This document shows, one piece after another, positions 57,398 to 64,000 of a stretch of 64,000 nt of DNA. Each line of letters opens with the position of its first letter. The first letter of the stretch is position 1. A program made the translations under genes and the position numbers. Source of the stretch: an uncultured bacterium (GTDB lineage: Bacteria > Bacteroidota > Bacteroidia > Bacteroidales > CAIXTV01); NCBI GenBank assembly GCA_903922465.1, contig CAIXTV010000098.1:10055-74054 (forward strand), given 5' to 3'. Under the pieces are notes generated by a model, which worked only from the letters and a program-made list of their open reading frames with translations, did no database searches and was not told where the DNA came from.

Positions 57398-58873
57398 CTA
57401 ATAAGACCTGGCAAAAACCACCCTGAAATGCGAAGGATTTCCGGTCAGTATACATCTGCCTTCTTCCTTTTTAGGGTCGAGAGGAATCAGACGAATAGTA
57501 GCCTTGGTCATCTCTTTAATTCTTTGTTCAGTTTCAGGGGTTCCATCCCAATGCGCCAACACAAACCCGCCTTTATGCTCAATAGTATCTACAAATTCGT
57601 CCCAAGTGTCAACCGTGAAAGTATTGTTCTCTCTGAAGTTCATGGCCTTATTAAAAAGGTTCAGTTGAATTTGTTCCAACAGATGCTCAATTTTAATTTC
57701 GATGTCGGTTATCTGATAAATTGCTTTTTCGAGAGTATCCCTACGTGCAACTTCAACCGTGTTTTCTTCCACATCACGAGGGCCAATGGCAATTCTAACC
57801 GGAACCCCTTTGAACTCGTGTTCAGCAAATTTAAACCCAGGTTTTTGAGTATCTCTATTATCATATTTAACCGAAATGCCCTTGGTTTCGAGTTGTTTTT
57901 TAATATAAAGAGCCTTTTCATTTACACTTGCAAATTGCTCATCCGATTTAAAAATAGGAACAATCACCACTTGAATAGGAGCAAGCTTTGGAGGCAACAC
58001 CAAACCGTTATTGTCGGAATGCGCCATAATTAAAGCCCCCATCAAACGAGTAGAAACTCCCCACGAAGTAGCCCAAACATATTCTTGTTTGTTTTCCTTG
58101 TTTACAAATTTCACGTCAAAAGCCTTTGCGAAATTCTGTCCTAAGAAATGTGAAGTCCCTGCCTGAAGCGCTTTTCCATCCTGCATTAAAGCTTCAATGC
58201 AATAGGTTTCAACAGCACCCGCAAAGCGTTCGTTTGGCGATTTCACGCCCTTCCAAACAGGAATAGCCATGTGAGTTTCTAAAAATTCAGCATAAACCTC
58301 CAGCATTAATGCGGCTTCAGCCTGTGCTTCGGCTTCAGTGGCATGGGCGGTGTGCCCTTCCTGCCATAGAAATTCGGCCGTGCGAAGGAATAAGCGCGTG
58401 CGCATTTCCCAACGAACCACGTTGGCCCATTGGTTAATTAGAAGAGGAAGATCTCTGTATGATTGTATCCAAGTGCGATAAGTATCCCAAATGATAGTTT
58501 CAGAAGTAGGGCGAACAATGAGTTCTTCTTCCAACTTTGCATCTTCATCAACAACTATTCCTTTGCCATCAGGCGAATTTTTTAAACGATAATGAGTTAC
58601 AACAGCACATTCTTTTGCAAAACCAGCCACATGGCTTGCTTCTTTACTGAAGAATGATTTAGGAATGAATAAAGGGAAATAAGCATTCTGATGTCCGGTT
58701 TCTTTAAACCTCTTATCGAGTATTGCTTGGATCTTTTCCCAGATGGCATAACCATAAGGTTTGATGACCATACAACCTCTTACCGCCGAATTATCAGCGA
58801 GTTCAGCTTTTATAACCAAATCGTTGTACCATTGTGAATAATTATCTTCTCTGTTCGTTAGAATTTTTGCCAT
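57398..58873 (-). CDS. proS: Prolyl-tRNA synthetase (archaeal/eukaryote-like type)
   Basis: Class II aaRS motifs are present ([26 protein letters not shown]). The N-terminus is [10 protein letters not shown] and the C-terminus ends in …FARSY. The start is set at MAKILTNRE (58873); the track start at 58918 is a TTG. Confidence 0.95.
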   Translation of the reverse strand: MAKILTNREDNYSQWYNDLVIKAELADNSAVRGCMVIKPYGYAIWEKIQAILDKRFKETGHQNAYFPLFIPKSFFSKEASHVAGFAKECAVVTHYRLKNSPDGKGIVVDEDAKLEEELIVRPTSETIIWDTYRTWIQSYRDLPLLINQWANVVRWEMRTRLFLRTAEFLWQEGHTAHATEAEAQAEAALMLEVYAEFLETHMAIPVWKGVKSPNERFAGAVETYCIEALMQDGKALQAGTSHFLGQNFAKAFDVKFVNKENKQEYVWATSWGVSTRLMGALIMAHSDNNGLVLPPKLAPIQVVIVPIFKSDEQFASVNEKALYIKKQLETKGISVKYDNRDTQKPGFKFAEHEFKGVPVRIAIGPRDVEENTVEVARRDTLEKAIYQITDIEIKIEHLLEQIQLNLFNKAMNFRENNTFTVDTWDEFVDTIEHKGGFVLAHWDGTPETEQRIKEMTKATIRLIPLDPKKEEGRCILTGNPSHFRVVFARSY

Positions 58874-58977
58874 GAATTTAGATTTGTGGTATAATATTTG
58901 TTCTGAATTAAGTTGCAAAAATATAAAACATATTGGTTTGAAAAACTAAACAACAAATAATATAGGAGGCAAAAGCC

Positions 58978-60966
58978 ATGAAAACATTAAACAGTATATT
59001 AATTTTAGCCATCATTGCACTTGCATCTTGCACTTCCACCTATCAGGCAAGATCTAATTATGATGACGTGTATTATTCTCCAAAACGCAATCAGGCACAG
59101 CAATCGGCGCCTGTTAGCAATGCTGAAAATAATCAACAAACCCCTGCAAATTATTCGCTGAATGCAGAGAATAATAATCAACAGCAGAGTAATAATCAGG
59201 CAGAAAATCAATCGACTTCAAATGATGCAAATCAGGGGAATTACGATAATTCGGCCAACCAAGGGCAATATCAAGATCAAAATCAAAACCAAAATGCCCC
59301 TGATTATACCAACACAGAAACATATAATGATGGAAGTGGTGTAACTTATCAAACCAACAACTATTATTATGATAATGATGATTATTATGATTATGCCTAT
59401 TCAGCACGTATTCGCAGGTTTCATAATAATAGCTATTATGGAAATAGTTATTATAATGATTATTACACCAATTCTTACTGGTATAACTATGATCCCTATT
59501 ATTATGGGGTAAGTATCTATATGGGATACAATTGGTGGTGGCCAAACTACTATTATCCTTCTTATTATAACTACTGTTGGGGAAATCCATATTATGATTA
59601 CGGATTCGGATATAATGGTTGGGGTGGATATGGACATGGCTACAACAATGGCTACTGGAATGGTTATTGGGATGGTTATTACGCTGGTGGCGCAAACTAT
59701 TATCACAATGGTTATGATAACAATTCCTATTACTTTGGTCGCAGAGACAATGCGGTTAGTTCAAATGGGGTAGGGTCGAGGAGAGATGGAAGAGGCGGAC
59801 AAGGCGGAAAATCTATTGCTTCAAACTCTGATACTAGAAGTAGTGGTTTGTCTTTTGGCGAAAAATATGATAAAGCTATTTCAATTGAAAAGAACACTTC
59901 TAATTTCGGAAATATAAATGCAAGCGGAGGTTCTAATGTTAATACCAAACCAAATTCAGGGAAATTAGAACCAAGTTCTAATGGTAAGAAGACAGGTAAT
60001 GAACTTCAAAATCAGAATAATGTTAGTGCGAAAGATCAAAATACCAAAGTGTCAGGAAGCAATCAAAACACTAAGACAAATCAGATAGAAACAGGCAAAA
60101 CCGGGAATACTAAAGTTGACAACTACACTCCAAGTGATAAAATTATTAATGATATCAATAAAACTACCCCTAACAACACTGGTGTTAATACTGTAAACGG
60201 GAACAATGCTTCTAAAAATAATCCAACTAACAGCAATTACAACACAAATGCAGGTTCAAAGGTTATAAACAACAACACTGGGACTAATAATAACACAGGC
60301 AAGAATACAAACTATACTAGTCCTACGAATAATCAGACTGGGAAAACAAATAATACTGCTCCAAATTATTCGAAACCTAATAATACAGCACCAGTAAATA
60401 CTCAATCGGGTAATACTAATTATAATAAACCTAATAATAACTCAGGCAACTACTCAACTCCTAATAACACTAGAACTCAGCCTAATTCGAGCGGGAATAA
60501 TTATAACAACAATAATAAGGTTTATAATAAACCCAATAACTATCAAAATAATACAAATACAAACAAGGGGACTAACTACAACAACAATAATAACAGGCCT
60601 TCAAATAGCAATCAGAATAATAATTATCAGAACAACAATACCCCTAAAAACTATACTTCTCCAAACTATACTAAGCCAAAGTCGAGTCAAGAGTTTTCAA
60701 GTCCTCCTGCTAAACAAGGCAACAACAATTATAATCCTCCCGCAAATAATAATTACAAACCTTCGAATAACAATTCAAGTGCTCCGGTTTATAAGCCATC
60801 TAATAACAATTATACTCCTGCCCCTACACCTAAGAATGACAGCTATACGCCATCAAAGAATACAAGTAACTCGTCAAATTCATCTTCCAACACATCTACT
60901 CGTTCTAGTTCGTCAGGCAGCAACAATAGTTCATCAGGTTCATCAAACGGTGGCAGAAGAAGATAG
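58978..60966 (+). CDS. Lipoprotein with an extreme low-complexity N/Q/Y/W/G/S/T-rich sequence
   Basis: 662 aa with the lipobox IALASCTS. An aromatic-rich block reads YYNDYYTNSYWYNYDPYYYG..NWWWPNYYYPSYY..GYNGWGGYGHGYNNGYWNGYWDGYY. It is followed by about 350 aa of N/T/S/P/K-rich sequence and a poly-Ser tail. A coding strand is implied by the signal peptide and by the tight spacing to the next gene. Confidence 0.6.
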   Translation: MKTLNSILILAIIALASCTSTYQARSNYDDVYYSPKRNQAQQSAPVSNAENNQQTPANYSLNAENNNQQQSNNQAENQSTSNDANQGNYDNSANQGQYQDQNQNQNAPDYTNTETYNDGSGVTYQTNNYYYDNDDYYDYAYSARIRRFHNNSYYGNSYYNDYYTNSYWYNYDPYYYGVSIYMGYNWWWPNYYYPSYYNYCWGNPYYDYGFGYNGWGGYGHGYNNGYWNGYWDGYYAGGANYYHNGYDNNSYYFGRRDNAVSSNGVGSRRDGRGGQGGKSIASNSDTRSSGLSFGEKYDKAISIEKNTSNFGNINASGGSNVNTKPNSGKLEPSSNGKKTGNELQNQNNVSAKDQNTKVSGSNQNTKTNQIETGKTGNTKVDNYTPSDKIINDINKTTPNNTGVNTVNGNNASKNNPTNSNYNTNAGSKVINNNTGTNNNTGKNTNYTSPTNNQTGKTNNTAPNYSKPNNTAPVNTQSGNTNYNKPNNNSGNYSTPNNTRTQPNSSGNNYNNNNKVYNKPNNYQNNTNTNKGTNYNNNNNRPSNSNQNNNYQNNNTPKNYTSPNYTKPKSSQEFSSPPAKQGNNNYNPPANNNYKPSNNNSSAPVYKPSNNNYTPAPTPKNDSYTPSKNTSNSSNSSSNTSTRSSSSGSNNSSSGSSNGGRRR

Positions 60967-60996
60967 ATACAAGTTTAAATTTAACACGATACAATT

Positions 60997-62436
60997 ATGA
61001 AAACAATAAAAATCATACTGCTGTTTTTAATTATAAGCTCAGGGGCATTTGCTCAGAATGAAACTGATGCCCTTAGATATTCTAATTTAAGTTTCGGCGG
61101 AACTGCACGCTTTGCTGGCATGGGTGGAGCCTTTGGCGCCTTAGGGGCCGATTTCTCAACCCTTTCTTTTAATCCAGCCGGAATAGGTCTATATAAGAAA
61201 TCGGAAATTTCATTTACCCCTTCCTTCTATATATCAAACACTAAGAGTCTGTATCAAAACAATGAAAGCGCAGATAGTAAACTCAATTTGAATGTAAACA
61301 ACTTTGGAGCAATCTTTAGCATTAAGCTTGGAGATGAAAGCAAAAAGGGTTGGAGGAACATTCAGTTTGGGATAGGAGTGAACCGCACTCAGAACTTTAA
61401 TAATAGAGTCCTTATAGAAGGAGATAACCACAGCAATTCGCTGATGACTGAGTATATAGCCAGAGCTAACGGTTCAAAGCCTAAAGATTTGGGCGACTTC
61501 AATACAGGTATGGCTTATGATGCTTATTTGCTCGATCCTATTGGAGATTCAACGCATTATACAAGTCCACTTGCAAATGGGGGAGCTTTCCAACGGAAAT
61601 CTATCGAAACGAAAGGGGCCATGAATGAAGTTGTTATAAGCTTTGGAGGAAATTATAACGACCGCTTATATATTGGTGCAACTCTGGGTTTAACTTCATT
61701 AAAATATACCGAGAATTCTGTTTATAAAGAAACAGATGTGGCTGATACAATTCAGAATTTTAACAGCTTCTCGTTGAACGATCATCTTGAAACAACAGGT
61801 TCTGGCATTAATTTAAAGGTAGGTTTAATTTTCAGGGCCACTGATTGGTTGCGCTTAGGTGCAGCTATTCATACCCCAACTTATTTTTACAATATGGAGG
61901 ATAGCTATTACACCAACCTGAAATCGGATGTTGGTGCATTAGGAACGTATAATTATGAATCACCAAAAGGTTCTTTTATTTATACCATGACCACCCCTTT
62001 TAGGGCGATAGGTAGCATTGCTTTTATCATAGGTCCCTGGGGGCTGATTAGTGCCGATTACGAGTATGTTAATTATTCTGATGCTAGCTTGCACTCAGAA
62101 ACTGATGAGTTTGCAGATGTGAATGATAATATCAGAAATGAATATAAAGGTGCTGGAAACCTTAGGGTTGGAACTGAGTGGTCAATTGATATTTTCAAGA
62201 TTAGGGCAGGGTTTGCATATTATGATAGTCCTTATAAAACAACTGTGAACGATGCATCTAAAATGTACTTCACCGGAGGGTTTGGTTTCAGACAAGAGAA
62301 TTTCTTTGCCGATTTAGCTTATGTGTATGGCAAATCGACAGATAAATATTATTTATACGACGCTAATCTTGTGCCTCCTTCAACCAATACTAATATTTCG
62401 CATAGTGTATTAATAACTTGTGGGGTTAGATTTTAG
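60997..62436 (+). CDS. Outer-membrane beta-barrel, FadL/OmpP1/TodX-like transport protein family (tentative)
   Basis: 479 aa with a signal peptide. The N-terminus is ALRYS..GGTARFAGMGGAFGALGADFS..NPAG, and the terminal strand is …LITCGVRF. Confidence 0.6.
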   Translation: MKTIKIILLFLIISSGAFAQNETDALRYSNLSFGGTARFAGMGGAFGALGADFSTLSFNPAGIGLYKKSEISFTPSFYISNTKSLYQNNESADSKLNLNVNNFGAIFSIKLGDESKKGWRNIQFGIGVNRTQNFNNRVLIEGDNHSNSLMTEYIARANGSKPKDLGDFNTGMAYDAYLLDPIGDSTHYTSPLANGGAFQRKSIETKGAMNEVVISFGGNYNDRLYIGATLGLTSLKYTENSVYKETDVADTIQNFNSFSLNDHLETTGSGINLKVGLIFRATDWLRLGAAIHTPTYFYNMEDSYYTNLKSDVGALGTYNYESPKGSFIYTMTTPFRAIGSIAFIIGPWGLISADYEYVNYSDASLHSETDEFADVNDNIRNEYKGAGNLRVGTEWSIDIFKIRAGFAYYDSPYKTTVNDASKMYFTGGFGFRQENFFADLAYVYGKSTDKYYLYDANLVPPSTNTNISHSVLITCGVRF

Positions 62437-62553
62437 GACGAAAAATCGCCACAGATTCTTAGTTTGTAATTTTATAAACTTTGATAATCAGTAGCAATAT
62501 TTCTTAATTATCTCAGATAAGCTTTTCGGAGTGGGTCAATCTTACTATTTCAG

Positions 62554-63702
62554 TTAACCCCTGTAGTAAGGAATAAATGAATTGAGTTCTATTTCATCAT
62601 CTTCACCTGTAAGCTTGACAAACTGTCGAAAATTAGGTAATTCAGGTTCATACAAATGAGCCATCTTTAATATATCGCCAAACATAGTATTCGTTTGGGT
62701 TCTCCCAATTTTGAATAAATTCATAAGACTTCTGTGCATACAGTGGGTAGGGCTTGGATCATCCAATATTTCGGGTGCTCCTGTAACTACAAGGCTGCAC
62801 AAATTGCGTAACAACTCACCATCCTTAAGTTCAATAGCTGTAGAAAAACCATACACCAAATATTCAAAAAAATGATTCAACTCTTTATCCATAAATTCTT
62901 CAGCAGTAAGGGTGCGGAATTGAATAGTCTCAAACAAATTCAACGCATCATCATGTTTATTCAAATAACAAAAAAGGAATGCCTTCAAACAATTAATCGC
63001 AATTAGGTGATATTCCATGAATTTCTTTTCGGAGGTCAACTGTTGTGCGGTCTCAAGCACTTCAAAGGTTTTCTGTATCAATTGGTTTTTCTGTTGTAGA
63101 TGCATCTCACTATCTGCTCCTGCTTTAGCAAGGATAGAAGCCCATTGGAAACAATATCCCCATCGTTTGCTTTCTTCAATTTCCTTCCAACCTACTTCCA
63201 TCCAAGCATTGGCTTCCTCTATTTTAGTCAGATAGGAGTACATCTTCGCTCTATATAAACATAAAATTGGATAATAGGTTTTGTCTTGTTTATGAAGGTC
63301 AGAAATAGGTTCTTTAAGAGTCTTTTTTATACTGTAATTATCTAAATTGTTCAGATATTCAGCATAAAGGGTTATTACATCCAAGGGTGGACTTAAAGGA
63401 TGCACAAAGGTCTTATGTTTAAATGGGCCTTCCTCGAAAATATTAAATTGAGTAGTATCACTACCTACATTCTTCATGATTAATGAAAGTTCGTCAGGGC
63501 TTAACAAACTTGGATCTTCCACGTATTCCGGAAGCAATTCTTTTACCATTATATACTGCCTGTTGAACGGACCTATTTCAAAGGTCTTGCCAAATATTTC
63601 ACTTTTTGGCTTTATATAACAACTTAGTATCAGTGTTGAATCACCATAATTTATGAATTCGAGGCGAGTCTCAGGAAGCCATTTTTGTAGATTTAAGGGC
63701 AT
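62554..63702 (-). CDS. Hypothetical helical protein
   Basis: About 382-aa ORF with no recognisable motif. The start is set at MPLNLQKW (63702). Confidence 0.5.
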   Translation of the reverse strand: MPLNLQKWLPETRLEFINYGDSTLILSCYIKPKSEIFGKTFEIGPFNRQYIMVKELLPEYVEDPSLLSPDELSLIMKNVGSDTTQFNIFEEGPFKHKTFVHPLSPPLDVITLYAEYLNNLDNYSIKKTLKEPISDLHKQDKTYYPILCLYRAKMYSYLTKIEEANAWMEVGWKEIEESKRWGYCFQWASILAKAGADSEMHLQQKNQLIQKTFEVLETAQQLTSEKKFMEYHLIAINCLKAFLFCYLNKHDDALNLFETIQFRTLTAEEFMDKELNHFFEYLVYGFSTAIELKDGELLRNLCSLVVTGAPEILDDPSPTHCMHRSLMNLFKIGRTQTNTMFGDILKMAHLYEPELPNFRQFVKLTGEDDEIELNSFIPYYRG

Positions 63703-63858
63703 GATTATTTTTTTACGCAAAGGTAGAAATATATTTCAATTATAAAGCCTGCTGTAAAAAGAGAAATTGTCTCATTACGATTTATTATTGTAACTTTGCA
63801 AATTATTGTCTTTTATATATCGAATGTCAAAATTGAAGATGCTATTAATAATGAAATT

Positions 63859-64000
63859 ATGGAAACAGCCACTATCACAAATTCTACGATTGAAATAATT
63901 GAAACATATTTCCCTGAAGAAACATTGCATATACCCAGGCACATTCATAACCATGCCACGCTTTTCAATTTTAGTTTTAAAATAAATCGTGTCGCTGAAG
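63859..64000 (+). CDS. 5' end of an ORF running off the right edge (unknown product)
   Basis: ATG 63859 opens the frame METATITNSTIEIIETYFPEETLHIPRHIHNHATLFNF..., which stays open to position 64000. Only 47 codons are visible. Confidence 0.25.
   Translation, partial: METATITNSTIEIIETYFPEETLHIPRHIHNHATLFNFSFKINRVAE

Noticed and set aside
59005-59948. Minus-strand ORFs (59005..59211, 59114..59695, 59401..59706, 59730..59948) and plus-strand alternative frames inside the low-complexity gene
   Set aside because: They are composition-driven open frames in AAT/TAT-rich repeat DNA. Only the 58978..60966 frame has a lipoprotein signal and spans the whole region.
1-64000. rRNA, tRNA, tmRNA, integrase, transposase or IS elements
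   Set aside because: I found no tRNA-like T-arm/acceptor patterns or rRNA-like segments in the intergenic regions I read. No ORF has recombinase or transposase motifs. Absence by eye is not proof, and tRNAscan/Infernal would settle it.

Overview
This is an AT-rich chromosomal segment, almost certainly from a Bacteroidota genome. The evidence is several T9SS-type C-terminal sorting domains, many lipoprotein or signal-peptide N-termini, and TAnnTTTG-like -7 boxes. I saw no rRNA, tRNA, CRISPR array, integrase or transposase.

Layout:
- (a) 1-10.7 kb is a defence-type island. A Type I R-M operon reads hsdR, four-helix-bundle gene, hsdM, hsdS. It is followed 13 nt later by a large metallophosphoesterase/P-loop NTPase fusion ORF that is missing from the supplied ORF track because it runs off the left edge. 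The island also holds an orphan 312-aa gene and a RelE/HigB-like toxin-antitoxin cassette. That cassette is bracketed by 60-bp direct repeats that duplicate the 3' end of the neighbouring gene.
- (b) 10.7-17.4 kb is a seven-gene hdrCBA-flxDCBA-type heterodisulfide reductase / NAD(P)H oxidoreductase cluster.
- (c) 18-45 kb is housekeeping and envelope genes: aroA, two T9SS cargo proteins (one CotH-like), a GH29 fucosidase, a TlpA/beta-barrel/Omp28-like trio, a NUDIX gene, pyrE, pstSCAB plus a porin interrupted by a single in-frame TGA, mazG, a PAP2 phosphatase, a DUF4139/MuiA-like gene, a dihydroorotase and a Usp gene.
- (d) 45.8-49.8 kb is an uncharacterised locus. A paralogue of the island's orphan gene faces two tandem paralogous ~360-aa orphan genes. 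Between them lies an ~800-bp spacer carrying at least 8 strictly phased 42-bp repeats with palindromic AAAAT-NN-ATTTT cores.
- (e) 49.8-64 kb holds a GT2 polyprenol-P-mannose synthase, an EEP nuclease/phosphatase, a TonB-dependent receptor with a DUF5689-like partner, proS, an extreme N/Y/W/G-rich lipoprotein, a FadL-like OMP and hypotheticals.

Four separate intergenic arrays of strictly phased 21-bp tandem repeats, each with a different consensus, are scattered through the window.

All calls rest on hand translation, motif recognition and by-eye repeat alignment. No database search was run.
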